NCBI GenBank assembly: GCA_013265495.1
Contig: MU058206.1
Span: forward strand, 622,001-686,000
Reading direction: 5' to 3'
From: Vicugna vicugna
Lineage: Eukaryota
DNA: 64,000 nucleotides
Position numbers and translations under genes: made by a program. A model generated the notes under the pieces. It did not search any database, was not told where the DNA came from, and was given only the letters and a program-made list of their open reading frames with translations. Shown here one piece after another: positions 25,909-43,795 of this stretch. The stretch's first letter is position 1. Each line of letters starts with the position of its first letter.

Positions 25909-26400
25909 CTGAAAAGTGACATGGTTGTTTTTGGATCAAAATGCAAAACTTCAATTATTTACTATATAGGACTAACTTCTATATGTTGGGGAAACCTGGG
26001 TAATGGTGCCACCTAAATACCCTAATTCTTACTCAATTTGGAGATGGTGATCTCTGCTCCGTTTTCATTTAATCATTTCTCACATCTTCTTTTGTGTCCA
26101 TCTCTCTCCATCACATACACGCACACCCCTATCCGCTCTTAATCACCAAATACATTTAATGCCTACTCTTCAGACCACAAATTCTTAGAACCCAACGCTG
26201 GGTAGCACTAATGTTGCAGAGCTGCCATTCTTTTCTCTTTTCCCAAACCGTATCTGGAAGTCCCAGACAGAACTATATTAAGGCTGCAAATGAAGCCATT
26301 TGATTTTTCCCCCATTAATTTTTCCCCCAAGCGACACTGACAAACATGCGGAGGCCACGGGAGGCCGCGCCAGACGCGGGCACCAGGGGACTGTGGGTTA

Positions 26401-26639
26401 GTGTCCTCCAGGAGTAGCCAACACCAGGTCACTCTCTGAAGTCCGTCACCCGGCCCTCCCGCTCTGGCCGGGCCCTTGGGTGGAGGGAGAGGACTTAATG
26501 GCCAGCAGAGGGGGCCAGTAAGCAGAGCATTCGCGGGTTTGGGGAGACTGGAGGTGGACTTTGGTGGCCCATCCAGAAGGGCTGAGAACAGTTCTCCGAA
26601 GGAAGACCCTTAACTCCTGGGCACCTCATTCTGCCTCTG
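26401..26639 (+). repeat. Right, unexpanded 239-bp copy of the direct repeat flanking the RDM1/LRRC37 insert
   Basis: Colinear with 23887-24399 once the internal tandem expansions are removed; scattered substitutions in the 5' part, last ~85 bp identical. Confidence 0.92.
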
Positions 26640-27958
26640 TGAAATGCAGCAAAGAGCTTCGGGCCCCTTTCCTCTGCCCGGAATAAAACATTTATTGCTT
26701 GTGTTTATTGAGCTAATGTTTACCATTACTGTGTGCCAGACACTGAGTGGCTGACTTCATCCTCACCATAACCCTATTACGAGGGAGGTACCGTTATCCA
26801 CCCTCACCCCCTTCACATGTGAGTCTAGAAAGGCAAACAGAGAAGTTTAGTTTCTTCGCTAAGCTCACAGCACACACCAGAGTAAGTGGCACACTTACAA
26901 CATAATATGGCTGAGCCTGACTAGGGCAGAACATCCTGGGGACTTTAGAAAGAAAGGTCCCAGCCCATAAGCCATTTATGGGTATCAGTGTCCGGCATGG
27001 TATGGCAGGGAGGGGCTGAGAGGAACAGAACTCAGCCTGGCTCTCGCCCCTTACCCAGGGCCTGGCCCCCAGGGCCAGGCTGCACCAGGCCACACAGGCC
27101 TCTCACCACAGCTCCCAGAGAGGAGTGCCTGCATCCCAGGCAGCAGCTCCAGAGGCCCGACGTGTGCGGCCTCTGAGGCTGTCCCTAGGTGTGGGGTCTT
27201 GAGATCTGCGTGGTTTGGGTCCTGACTCAGCCCCTGTGTCGCCTGAGACTTGGCTTCCCCGCCCCTCTAGATTCCAGTTGGCTTCTCTAAGAAGGGAGCA
27301 GGTGGACCAGCTGACCTCCAAGGCCCTTCCAGCTGGGCCCTTGTAGGACACAAAATCAGCTCCTTCTTTAGTGAATGGGCCAGGGAGACACGAGCGAGTA
27401 TGAAGACATTTCAACTTTGCTGCTCTTGGGAAACCCCAGATGGAATTTGGCATGGAATCTAGAAGGACCTACTGACTGCATGAGGTCTCTGCCCCCCCCC
27501 CCGCCTGTGTCCCCGCACATCTGCGCACACACATGCACACACACCCCGCCCACTGCCAGATTACGTGTTGGGAGGAAGATGTTGTCCTTGTCCAGGGCCC
27601 TCCTGCCTCTAGACAAGAAAAGGCCCTTGTCTGCTCAGTCTGGGGCCCCACTGGGCCCCCACCCCAACCAGACCTCACCTACCAAGAACGCTGGGGCCCT
27701 GGGAGCCAGGATGGATGTTGACAACAGGGCTTGGTGTTTCTGGCTTGACCTGGGACCACCCACCTCAGACCCCTCAACCCACCCCCACTCGCAGGAAGGA
27801 GGATAGAAAGGAAGTTCGATGTCGTAGAAAAAACTGGTGACCCAGAGGCAGGTCCCAGAGGCCCTCTGGACTCTGCCCGTAAGCCTCACTTTCCCTTTGG
27901 GGAGACATGGGGCAGGGGACAGAGTAGGGGTTCTTCTCTGACATTTTAGGGATGTGGG

Positions 27959-28142
27959 TAGGGTTGCCAGATTTAACAAAAACACAGGCTATCCAGTTAC
28001 ATGTGAATTTCAGATAAACAACAATTTTTAGTATAAGTATGTCCCCAATATTGCATGGGACAGATTTATACTTAAAAGTTATTCATTGTTTCTCTGAAAT
28101 TCAAATTTAACTAGGCATTCTGTATTTTGTCTGGCAACCATA
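27959..28142. mobile_element. MER53-like palindromic hAT MITE
   Basis: Terminal inverted repeats tagggttgccaga...tctggcaaccata and internal palindrome tataagtatgtcccc-aatattgcat-gggacagatttata. Confidence 0.85.
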
Positions 28143-28719
28143 CATATGTGTCAGGTGTGTGACAGAGGGAAGCAACGCCATCCTGCCCTCCTCCTGCTCC
28201 TCCTCCGGGCACCCACTGCCTGGTCCCTTCACCTCGTCAGCCTTCCACATCGACCCTTCATGTTCCTCCATGCCCTTCTCAGCACCCTCATTTCACTCCC
28301 TAGTATACCCACCCCCCACAAGCTCACCCATCTTCCCCTCCCTTAAGGGTGAGGATAGGTCCTCTGGAGGGCTCCAGGTCTGGGCAGAGTGGCAGAGGGT
28401 GTGGGGGAGATGCCTTAGGCCTTGGGTGTTGGTGCAACTTGGCCCTGGAAGCCCAAGTCAGCAACAACTTCACTAAGGAGGCAGCAGTGTGGGTGCTGAA
28501 GGGAGAAGGCTCCAGCACTCTTGAAACTGGGACTCCCTTGGCAGAGGGGTGGGCTGGGTCCTGAGCCAGCTGGAGGGGGAGGAGGGAAGAAATGCTGCCC
28601 CCCATTGCCTTCTCCAAGATCCACCACCAGAAACTGCGAATAGAGAGGGCATTGTCCAGGGCCAGACTCCAATTCCACTTGGATCAGGAACTGGAAGATT
28701 CTGTTCTTAGGGGCCAAGA

Positions 28720-29125
28720 GATAATGAGAAACAGAGACAGGGGAAGAGGGAGACCAGGGAGAGAGATACTGGGAGAGAAAGCAGGAGAGTTGGTGAGAAA
28801 CAGACCCAGAGACAGGGAGCCACAGGACCAAGCCAGAAACAAGTGAAATGGAAAGAGACAGAAAAACAGACTCCTCCACCAAGACAGACAGAGATTAACA
28901 AAGAGAAGAAACAGAGATGGGGAAACAGGGAACATGTAGGAATGGAGACAAACTGCGTGGAGACAGAGATGAGGAGAAACTGAAACAGAAGACAGAGACT
29001 GGGAGAAATGAGGAGAACCAAGGAGAGGTTAAATATAAGACAGAGATAAGATATTAAAACTGGGGAGATGAGAAACAGAGGTAAGGAGAGAGCTTCGAGA
29101 GAAAAAGAAAAGGAAGCCAGAGGAA
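28720..29125. repeat. GA-rich low-complexity purine tract
   Basis: Recurrent gagaaacagagac/gagacaga motifs. Confidence 0.7.
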
Positions 29126-30291
29126 GACGCTGTCCTTTCCTACTAGGTTGGGGATATTTCTCAGTGGCAAAGACAGATTTGAGACATAGCAGGAGATGTC
29201 TAAATACCTAAGAACTGCGCCGCTCCTGGAGCTCTCCACCTTTCCCCAGGTCAGGGAGCAGCACCCCAGCCACCATGTCCATTTCACCCCCGCCCCAGGG
29301 GCTCCATCTCTCCAACTCCCACTCTGTCTCCAGACGTCTCATCTGTGTTTGGGTGTCTGGTTTTCACCCACCGAGATGGCCTCCTACCCCACCCGCCAGC
29401 CAGCTCCCCTGAGGGAGCTCTGGGAGGCCCAGCCCCATGTCCCAGCCCCGCGCCGCCTGGCTCCGGGGGAATCTCGTGTTGAGCGATGCTGCCACGAGCC
29501 GGCCGGATCCGGGAAGCACATCGTGCCTCAAGGGCTGGCCGCTGGCAGCCGCGGGTGGAATCCCGCCCCTCCCAACCGGGACCGCCTCGGCGGGGTCTTT
29601 CCAGGAATCCGGATGGGCTTGCTTGCCCACGCCTCAGCCCAGCCGTGGATCCGGGGACAAGTCTCTGAGTCTTGGGGCTTTAATTTCCCTTGTAGTCAAG
29701 TGGAGGAACTGTAAGAACACCTCCTCCCAGGATTCAGGGGGAGGAGGTGCGGGGAGATGGTGCACCAACGTACTAGCAGTGCTCTGCTCCTGGGTCTCCT
29801 TCCCTACAAATCACCCAGGCCGTCCCTCCATCCCTTCTTGGGAAAAAAGAAGAGAAAACAAAAGTGACACCTCGCCTCCTCTCTCCGGCAACATCTGCCC
29901 CTAGAAGTCCAGGCGGGAAGGGACTTCAGTGGTCCGGCTCCCTCTGCATCTGGTCGGCGCAGCAGTCCCTCTCTTAAGCCTGTAACTACTTGGGGGTGGG
30001 GCGGTTGGGGGTTGGGAAGGGGTAGCTCAGTAGTCTTGAAATGACCCCATAGGGTTTTTTTTTGTTTTGTTTTTTGTTTTTTACCAGTTTGTTGCTTCTA
30101 CCTCCCAGACTTCACCTTCCTCTCCCCTTCCCCGCCCTTCCCCGCCCTTCCCCGGCCTGACCCACCCCGTGCGTTGGCTCCGCCCCCACCCCAAGGCGGG
30201 GACCTATAGGTGGAGAGTCGTGGGAAAGGTCGCGGCCCCGCCTCTCCCCTCCTTCTCATACACGCGGAAGCTCAGTGGCCCCCATGCCAGG

Positions 30292-34594
<4,303 letters not shown>

Positions 34595-35056
34595 GCCCCC
34601 TCCTGCCTGGAACCCTGCCATCAGCCGCCACCTCCCCAAGGCCTCCTGGGTCAAGCCGGAGACTCCGGGGACCCCTGGAATGCCCCCCAACCCATCCTGC
34701 CACACCTCTGCCATTTTTGGCTTTAACTTATTGCTTTGCCTACCCCTGTTCTACACCAGTTGCCTCTCTTGTCCCATGGACTGGTCGGGAGTGATAGTGT
34801 CCACCCCTCACCTGCCATCCCAAGTTAGAGGCTGCCAGGAGGAAAGCGTGCACAGCTGGAGGTGCCGGGCAGCAGAATGGGCTGCTCTGAGGAGTGGAGA
34901 GAGCTGTGCCTCTGGGAGGTACGATCTTGACAGATGAGATGTTCTGGAGGGCACTAATGTACTTTGGGAGGCAGGACTGCTTGAGCTCTGAGCCACCTCC
35001 AGTTCTGCCTGAGGAGACCCCATTGTTCCCTCCCCTCCCCTCGAGACACGTGTCCC

Positions 35057-35062
35057 ATTAAA
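35057..35062 (+). terminator. Candidate TMEM92 polyadenylation signal (ATTAAA)
   Basis: First A(A/T)TAAA seen after the stop codon, about 460 nt downstream. Confidence 0.4.
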
Positions 35063-36574
35063 TTTCAGTTGACGGTTGCTGAGAGTCGGCCTCTGACTGT
35101 GTGGGGAGGTGAGCCCAGGCACTGCGGGGGGGCTTCGGCGGGAGGGTCACTGCGCCTGAAATTCCACCATTGATGATTCATCCAAGACCGTGTTGATGAT
35201 GAGCCTGGGAGGATACCACGTCTGTGGGCCACCTTCTGGGAGAGGGTCTTTGCAGATAGTGTGACCTCTGGTTCCTTGAGATCTCTGGCTGCTAAAGAGC
35301 CTGGATGGGGAGCTGGGGGTGGGATGGGAGTGACCATTGTGTGCTTCCCCACCCCGTCCTCCCTCTGTTTTCCCTGGGACACGGGCACGCAGAGCCCAGC
35401 TCTCTGATCTCTGACTCTCTCATCACAGGGGTGGGGAGGGGCAACAGAGGGGAGTGGGGGAGGTGGCCATCTGTGGGGCAGGGCCTCGGAGAACGTGGTC
35501 CACTCCACCCTGGGATCTCCGGAGGAAGAAGAGGAGAACCTTTCAGTCCTGCCTGATTCTGGGTACTGCCACCTCAGCCCGACTTGCCGGGTTAACCCCT
35601 AAGAGGAAAGAGACTTTCGCCATTGCAGCACAGGAGCATGCACGGGGCCTTCGTCCCCAGGGGGCCTGCAGCAGAGCGTGGAGCTGGGAGCCTGGCATAA
35701 GACATGCAGCATGAGAAACACCCCTGTGCCCAGCGTCTCAGGGGCTCAGGCAGGTCTGGGATCCTCCACCCCAACCCTGCCTTTGCCCTGCTCCCCACAG
35801 CCTCTGAATGCTGGCCTTCCTCCCCAGGCAGAGGGCACAAAAGTAATGCTGGCCAAAGCTCCAGTGGGGGCTGAGGTAGAACTGGCCCTGGTGCGCTGGC
35901 AGGGATGCCTCCTCTGGGGCTCTCCCAATAATGCCCTTTCTTGGGGCATCAGGACCCAGGTAGGTGACACGGCCGGGGTAGGGAGATGGCACAAAAAGAT
36001 GTTAGAAACAAAGATGCTAGAAACAGGGGCTCTGGTGGGGGATTCTGGCTGGAGACAGAGCCCCAGAGAGAATAGTAGCTACTGGACAGCAGAGCTCCAG
36101 AGTTGGCAAGAGATTGAGCCCAGCCATAGGCAATTTCCCTTCAGTTTCGAGGACTGATCACAGGGAGCAGAAGGCAGATATGTGAGTGCTTTGTGTAAAC
36201 TCCAGTTAGAGACGTCCCAGAGCCGATGCTGCCCTCACTGTGGTAAACACCCACCCCGGTGAGAGGATGTTAAGCAATGGGCTTTGCAGACCTGGAAGAG
36301 GAGGTAACCCTCTGCCTGGACGCTGCCTGCCTTTCATCAAAGATGACATAGGGTCTTTAAATCCTTCCTAGCAGCAATAGAGTGGCCTGGAGGAAAGTGG
36401 CTGTCATGAAGCCCAACACGGCTGGGACCTGGTAGCAGAAATGAACAGTTCTGTGGCTCTGTTCACTGTTGGTGGGAGCAGAAATAGCGTGATCTTCCTG
36501 GGGGGCAGTCCAACAGTATCCATTCATGCCACAGATGTTTACAAAGATCCTACAATATGTCTGGCAGTGGGTCG

Positions 36575-37065
36575 CCATTAAAATTTAAAAAGCACATGAC
36601 CCAGCAATTCCACTTCTAGGGATGATCCTTCAGAAATGCTCATACAAAAGAGCTCAAAGAGATGTCCATTGCAGCATTGTTGCTGGGGGTAAATGAAAAC
36701 ACCCTTAATGTCCATTGATACTGCAAAGAATGAAGTGGATCTGAAGCACTGACCTGGCACAATGTCCATCATTTATTGTTACAGAGAAATGGCAAGTTTC
36801 AGAACAGTCTATGATCTCAGTTTGTACATATATGCATCACATGTGTGTGTGTGTGTGTGTTTCCCCCTTTGTAAATGTATAAAGAAGATCTAGAAGAATA
36901 TGAACTCAACCACACTTGCCACACTTTTACCAGTGGTTGGCACTGTGGGATGGAGGGATGGAAGTAGTCAATTGTAAGGGAGGTTTCCTATTTTGTGTGC
37001 TTTGTCATTGTTTACATTTTCCAAAATGAGCAAGCATGGCTTTCACAATTTAAAAAAGATCTTTA
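36575..37065 (+). mobile_element. Old L1 (L1ME-like) 3' fragment
   Basis: tgacccagcaattccacttctagg and cattgcagcattgt motifs. Confidence 0.6.
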
Positions 37066-38199
37066 ATGGAAAATATAAGCAGCTTTAGAAGTTAACAAAG
37101 ACTCACCTTGTGAACTTTGATCGACGGCAATTCATGTATTATCAGCCCTGCTATGAGGAAGAGGCTGGAAGGACTCAGACTCGTGGCACACACATGACAT
37201 GCAAGGGACCCAGGGAATAAATAATTGATGGACGTGGGAAGGCCTGGACGCCTGCCAGCCACGTGAGGACATGTGATGCCTGTATGTCGCACCTATGCAG
37301 GACTGTGATGGACACTCAGTATATGTCAGACATCTGGCTGGTTGGTTGGGTGGATGAGCAATTTCACAGCGACTGAGAATTCACCCCTGCGCTTCGTTTA
37401 GCAGCTCAAACACAACGAAGAATAATAAAAGATGGAATCACTTAATGAGTGAATGAATGATTAACTAAGTGAACAGGTGAGTGAGTGAACAAATGTGAAG
37501 ATCTGCCAGGACATTTGAAATGACACAGGCAGCCTGGTTACCACCAAGGCAGCACGCCCAGTGACGGTGGACTTGACCTGTCTGCAGGGGCTCCCCCAGA
37601 GGACTGGGGAATGTGGGAAAAGCTCTGAGGCAGGGAGCAGGCAGGGTAGGGAGGTGGGGGGACCTCAGGCTCCTGGGAGGAGGGAGGAAGAGAAAGGGGA
37701 TTCAGCTGCTGCGGGAAGCTGGAAAGAGAGATGACGCCAAGAATCCTACTCACCTCGGGACTAGGAGTCAAGACTCCAGCTTCTGACATTTTAGCTTCGG
37801 CATCCAGCACCTCTAGGTCTCAGGCCCCGTTTGCACAATGAACAGGTGGACCCCATCCAGCGCTGGCAGGATGTTGCTCTCTGGCTCCCAAGTTGGGAGG
37901 GGCTGAGCAGCTATGAGAACTCAGGGGCCCTCCTTGACTCCAGTAGCCTTTTCTCTACCACATCTTGATCTTGTCATTCCTGGTCACCTCAGACCTCCCA
38001 CCCTGTGAACATCTCCTCCTAGTCCTCCCGCTCAGATATTTTATCAGCCCCACGCCCGCGAATCTGAGCATGCTGAGAACTCCAAGTCATCAGCCTTAGC
38101 TTCTTGCAGTGCCGTCAGCTATGCCCTTAATGCCTTCAGCCAGCGTGGAGTCCTGGATCCCCACCCTCTAGCCCCAGTTCTAAGTCCTTTACCCTTTTC

Positions 38200-40115
38200 T
38201 CCATCCATTGTCCTCACCTGGAAAAATCCCAAACACTGGTTGGAACCAACTTCTGCTCAAGAACCAGTACACCTGTGCAATTGGACTCACTTCAAAATCA
38301 AACCTGCAAATCTCAAGTGGACCCTCAATGCCTTAGAAGCATTACTTCCTCACTCTTGAGATGACAAATTCACACCTTCTCCTCTGAATCTCTCAAGCTC
38401 CCAAACTCAATTTCAGGTCGCAATGCAATCACACTAGAACCACTCAATTCTGCCCCACCCCAACTGCCGCCCCCCACCCCGCCTCTGGCTGCCGTGGAAA
38501 CTGCATTGCCTTCCTGCAACTGGACTCTACCCCTCATAGCTTCTCAGGACCTCGCTCCTGCAGTGATTCCTGCCCAGCCACTTCTCCCTCATCACTGGAC
38601 CTTGATCATGATCACCTGTGCATCATCATGCCCCATGATCCTCTTAGAGAATCCCCTGATACTCTCATCCCTCCCCTTCTCACTGCACCCTGCTCCAGTC
38701 AGCCCTTTGTCCCCATCATTACACGAAACAGCTCTTGTCCACATCACCAGTGATCTACATCTGGCCAAAGGCGAAGGTCAGTTCTCAAGCCTCATTTACT
38801 CGGTCTCTGGGCATTTGACACATTTGGCCACTTCTTCTTCTTAAAGAATTTTCTTATCTGAACTTCTCTGATGCCACCCCCTGGTTTTCATCCTGTTCCC
38901 CGCCGCTGCTTTCAGGTTTCTTCACTCTCCTCCCCTGCCACTAGCTCTGAATGACAGTTGATCCGGGATCCTATCTTCAGTCCTCTTGTCTTCACCTTCA
39001 TTCCCTCCCGTAGTGGGTCTCACCCAGCTCTGTGACTTCATAGACCATCTGACGAACCTCAGATCTTTATTTCTGGCCAAGACTTCTTCCCTGAGCTCCA
39101 GACTTAGGTAGTCAACTGTCTAACACCTCCACTGGGATGCATTTCATAGTCCCAGCTAGGTCCTAGTTTCCTCCCCACCCCAAATCCAGTCCTTCCCAAG
39201 TTGTCCCATCAGAAATATATGGCACCACCTGCCAGCCTGCTGTTCAGGCCCAAGAACTGGCGTATTTTTCTAATTTCTCTCTTTCCCTCACCCCTGGCCT
39301 CCATCCTGCCTCCAGAATAGATCCATGTCCCCTTCTCACCGCTTCACCAATACAGCCCTAGACCAAGTCACTGTCAAGTCTAGCCCAGGCTGTCCCATTG
39401 CTCTCCTCACTGGCTTCCTGCCTCCTCCGTCATCTCCATCTTGTGCCCTGCATGACTGCAAGATCTTCCTAAAGCATAAACGTGACCTCTCACTGCCCTG
39501 CTTAAAGGCCTCTGATGAAGATCTTTAATTACTTAAGAATAAAGAATTTGTTCAGATGCTAGTGCTTCACAATATAACTTTAAATTAAATACAAATATCT
39601 AATAGCAAAAAAAAAAAAAAGCCTCTGCTGATCATCCATTGTGCTTGGAATAAACTCCAAAGCCCTGGCCGTGGCCTGCGGGACTTGCAAGGTGTAACCC
39701 CTCTCATCTTCTCCCTGCTCACTGCATTCCAGCCACCGTGACCTCTCTCCGAGCCTCAACTGTCCCAAATCAGCCTGGCTCAGGGCCTGTAGTGGCTTTC
39801 TGCTTGGGACCTCTCCCTCTGTACTTCTCTCCGGGACTTCACAAGGCTGCCAGCTTTTCATCATTCTGGTTCCAGTTAACCTGTCACTTCAAGGAAATAT
39901 TCCCTGAACACCCCACAGAAAGCCGCCCCTCCAGGCCCCCTCTGTTACACTAACCTATTTTATTTTCCTCACTGCACAGCCTCATCCTGGAAATCACCTT
40001 GTTTGCATTATGTGCTTCTGTGTTGACTGTCTGTTTCCCTTCTCTGGACCAGCGCTCCTCAGGACAGGGACCTGTCATGTTGGCCGCCCCGTCCAGAGTC
40101 TAGAACAATGCCCGG
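38200..40115 (+). mobile_element. Long degenerate L2 LINE
   Basis: Pyrimidine-rich L2 body (cagctcttgtccacatcaccagtga, ctgagctccagact) ending tctagaacaatgcccggc. Other L2 pieces at about 31940-32230, 40320-40720, 52135-52640, 54480-55010 and 62740-63370. Confidence 0.65.
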
Positions 40116-40738
40116 CCAGGGGCAGGCCTCCTCCTCTGTGGACCCACTCACTACCTGCAGCCACCTCAAAAGCAACGCCCAAAAGGTCCTGCAAGACAAA
40201 CAACCAGGTGAGGAGCTGCCAGGCCTGCAAATACCCACCAGTGCTGTCTGTTTGACACCGGCCCTCCATCCGCGAGGAGTCACTGTGTTCTTTCTCTCTC
40301 CACCTGCCTCCCATTCTTTCTTTTCTTCACTGAATATTCAGCACCTCCCATGTGTCAGGCATGATTCCAGGGCCTGGGTAAAGGAGGCCCACAAACTAGA
40401 CACCATTCCTACCCTCATGGAAAACAGATGCTAATCAAGCAATCCAACAAGTGAATCTGTGGTTACACTGTGGGCTAAATGCTGGGGAGAGAAAACATGC
40501 AAGTAGCGTTAGAGAACATGGTGGGGCGGGGGCCTGCTTTAGATGGAGCGGTCAGGCATGATCCATCTAAGGAGGCGACATGGAACTAATTCCAAAAGGA
40601 GAAGTAGACTGGTGTGAGATAGCACGGAAAAGAGCACTCAAGACAGAGGGCCCAGCATGTGCAAAGGCCCTGTGGGGAAGGAGCTTGGTGGCTGAAGACA
40701 CTTAAAGGAAATCCCTCCCCATGATCCTTAACCAAGGG

Positions 40739-41181
40739 TGTATCTATTTCCTAGGGTCGTCAGAACAAATAAACACATCCTGATGGCTTAAAACAATGGA
40801 CATGAATCCTCTCACAGCTCTGGAGGCCAAAAGCCTGAAATCAAGGGGTTGGCAGGGTTGTTCCTTCTGGCGGCTCCGAGGAAGAATCCATTCCATGCCC
40901 TCTTGTACCTTCTGGGGGCTGCTGGCGATCCTTGGCAGTCTTTGGCTTGTGGCTGCCCTCCAATCTCTGCCCTCGTCTTCAACAGCCTTTTCCTCTGTGT
41001 CTGTGTGTCCTTCCCTGTATCTCGTAAGTATACTTTTCATTGGATTTAGGGCTCATCCAGGATGATCTCACTTCAAGATCCTTACCTTAATTACATCCGC
41101 AAAGGCCCTTACTCCAGATAAGTTCACATGCTGAGCTTCTGAGGGGAAATGTCTTTTGGAGACACAATTCAACACACTACA
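40739..41181. mobile_element. MLT1 (MaLR) solo LTR
   Basis: tgtatctatttcctagg...ggcttaaaacaa...ctcacagctctggaggccaaaag...gacacaattcaacacactaca. Confidence 0.8.
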
Positions 41182-41633
41182 TAAGCCATAGCCTTAGACA
41201 TTCTCACCCGGAGGGTACCTCAAAGATCCTCTGAAACAGTGTCTTTCAAAGTATAATCCCTAAAAAACTAGTTCTAGAGTGTATGCTTAAAAGGGGGAAG
41301 TAGCATTCAGTGTCCAAATAAATTTGGAAAATGCTGCATACAAATCTCACTTAGCATATTAAAGGGTTGAAAATTCACAGCAAAGAAGCCACATTATCAT
41401 TATTTAAAGCAAAACATCCCTAGTTTATTTCACCATAAAACCCCATTTTCCTTCTCATAATCTCTGTGGAGTTTTGAGATCCTATCCTCCCATGGAAATT
41501 TGAGAGAAATACTGATGTAGTCCAACCTTGTCTTACTATAGACGTGATGATCAAAGTCCAGAAAAGAGAAGTGACATATCCAAGATCACACAGCTGGCAG
41601 GGTCAGAAGTTGGATTTAAAACTCAGTCTCCTT

Positions 41634-42293
41634 ATTCCTCAAAAAACTAAAAATAGACTTACCATATGATCCAGCAATCCCACTCCTGGGCATATATCCA
41701 GAGGGAACCTTAATTCAAAAAGATACATTCACCCCATTGTTCATGGCAGCACTATCTACAATAGCCAAGACATGGAAACAACCTAAATGTCCATCCACAG
41801 ATGACTGGATAAAGAAGTTGTGGTATATTTATACAATGGAATACTACACGGCCATAAAAATAAAAATAATGCCATTTGCAGTAACATTGTTGGACCTGGA
41901 GATTGCTATTCTAAGTGAAGTAAGCGAGAAAGAGAAAGAAAAATACCATATGATACCACTTAAATGTGGAATCTAAAAAAAAAGACAAATGAAGAAACAG
42001 ACTCAGAGACATAGAAAACAAACTTATGGTTACTTATGGTTACCAGGAGGGGTAGGAGGGGAAGGGATAAACTGTGAGTTCGAGATTTGCAGATACTAAC
42101 TACTATATATAAAATAGATAAACAACAAGTTTATTCTGTATAGCACAGGGAACTATATTCAACATCTTGTAACCTATAATGATAAAGAATATGAAAATGA
42201 ATACATGTATGTACGTGTGTGACTGAACTATTATGCTGTACACCAGAAACTGACACAATATTGTAAACTGACTATACTTCAGAAAAAAAAAAA
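41634..42293 (+). mobile_element. 5'-truncated young L1 (ORF2 C-terminus, 3' UTR, poly-A)
   Basis: ORF2 tail MFMAALSTIAKTWKQPKCPSTDDWIKKLWYIYTMEYY; A tail at 42283-42294. Confidence 0.92.
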
Positions 42294-42309
42294 ACAACCC
42301 TAAGTCTTT

Positions 42310-42660
42310 AAGAGATGAACAAATTCTTGAGTGCCAGGGGTTAGGGATGATGTGAAGGAGGGAGTGGGTGCAACTATAAAAGAGTAGCAGGACGGGATCT
42401 TTGTGTTGGTGGAATAGTTCTGTATCCTTGATTGTGTGGTGGTCACACAAATTTACACAGGTGATTAAATGACACAGAACTATACATACATATTGTACCA
42501 ATGTCGATTTCCTGATTTTGTTACTGTATGTAAGATATAATTGTTGGGCATTACGTAAGATGCAACCACTGGGGGAAACTGGGTAAAAGGAACTTGGGAC
42601 CTCTTTGTACTATCTTTGCAGCTTCCTGTGAATCTATAATGATTTCAAAACAAAAAGATT
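42310..42660 (+). mobile_element. Old L1MC-like 3' end
   Basis: ggaatagttctgtatccttgattgtgtggtggtcacacaaatttacac...cttcctgtgaatctataatgatttcaaaa. Confidence 0.7.
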
Positions 42661-43795
42661 TTACAAACTCAGTTTCCTGCCTCCAGATGCAGGACTTTTT
42701 TACCTTGTTAAAGTTTATTAGATCAAATATAGTTTCAGTTTATGTACCCAGGGCCCAATACAAAAGACAGTTTATTGCTTTTTATAGTTTGCCATTTATA
42801 TAAACTGCAGTAATTTAGATGTAGAGGGGGGTGATTTGCAGACACTCCATTGCAATGATGAATGCAAAGTTGGATGCATCTTCTCGCTCCTTCACACCTG
42901 ACCATGACTTTCTTGTAGCTAAGTGTTTGGCTCTTACTCACATAGAGACAAAGGGACAAGAAGAAGAGGACCACAGCCGAGTTTCTTAGTTATCTAGATG
43001 TACCTCCTTGGAGCAGGAATATATGTATTTTATATATACACACATATGTAATATACATATTGACATACATTATATTATATTATATATATAGACAAGATGT
43101 GGACTTTATTTAATAAAACAGTCAACTGGCTGGATTTGGCTCATGAGCCATAGTTTGCTGAATTCTGAATTAAAACATATAATATAAATGTCTTACTTTT
43201 CCATCTCTGATCTCCTACTCAGCTTGCGTATGCTTTTTGCTTTTGTTGCTGTCTTGTTTTTCCAATTTCTTTTCAATTTTTTTTATTGTAGTAAAATATA
43301 CATAACATAAAAATTACCATCATAACCATTTTTAAGTGTACAGTTCAGTGGTATCAAATACATTCATGATTTTTGCAACCATCTCCACCACCCATCTCCA
43401 TAACTCCTTCCACCTTATAAAATTGTACCCATTAAGTAACAACTCTCCATTGTCTCTCCCTTCCCCTCAGACCCTGGCAACCATCATCCTGCTTTCTGTC
43501 TCTATGATTTTGACTACTCTAAGTACCTCTATCACATAAGTAGATTCATACAATATTTGTCTTTTGGGTCTTAGCATAGCATCTTCAAGGTTTGTCCATG
43601 TTGTGGTATATGTCAGAACTTCCTTCCTTCTTAAGGTTGAGTAATATTCTATGGCATGTACATACCCCATTTTGCTTATCCATTCACTCATCTGTTGATA
43701 GACAGGACATATGGATTGCTTCCACATTTTAGCTCTCATGAATAATGCTGCTGTGAACATGGGTGTACACATAGTTCTTTAAGACCTTGCTTTCT

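Noticed and set aside
28349..28846. Protein-like ORFs (WCNLALEAQVSNNF..., MLPPIAFSKIHHQKLRIERAL...)
   Set aside because: No recognisable family or convincing splice sites; they run into GA-rich low complexity.
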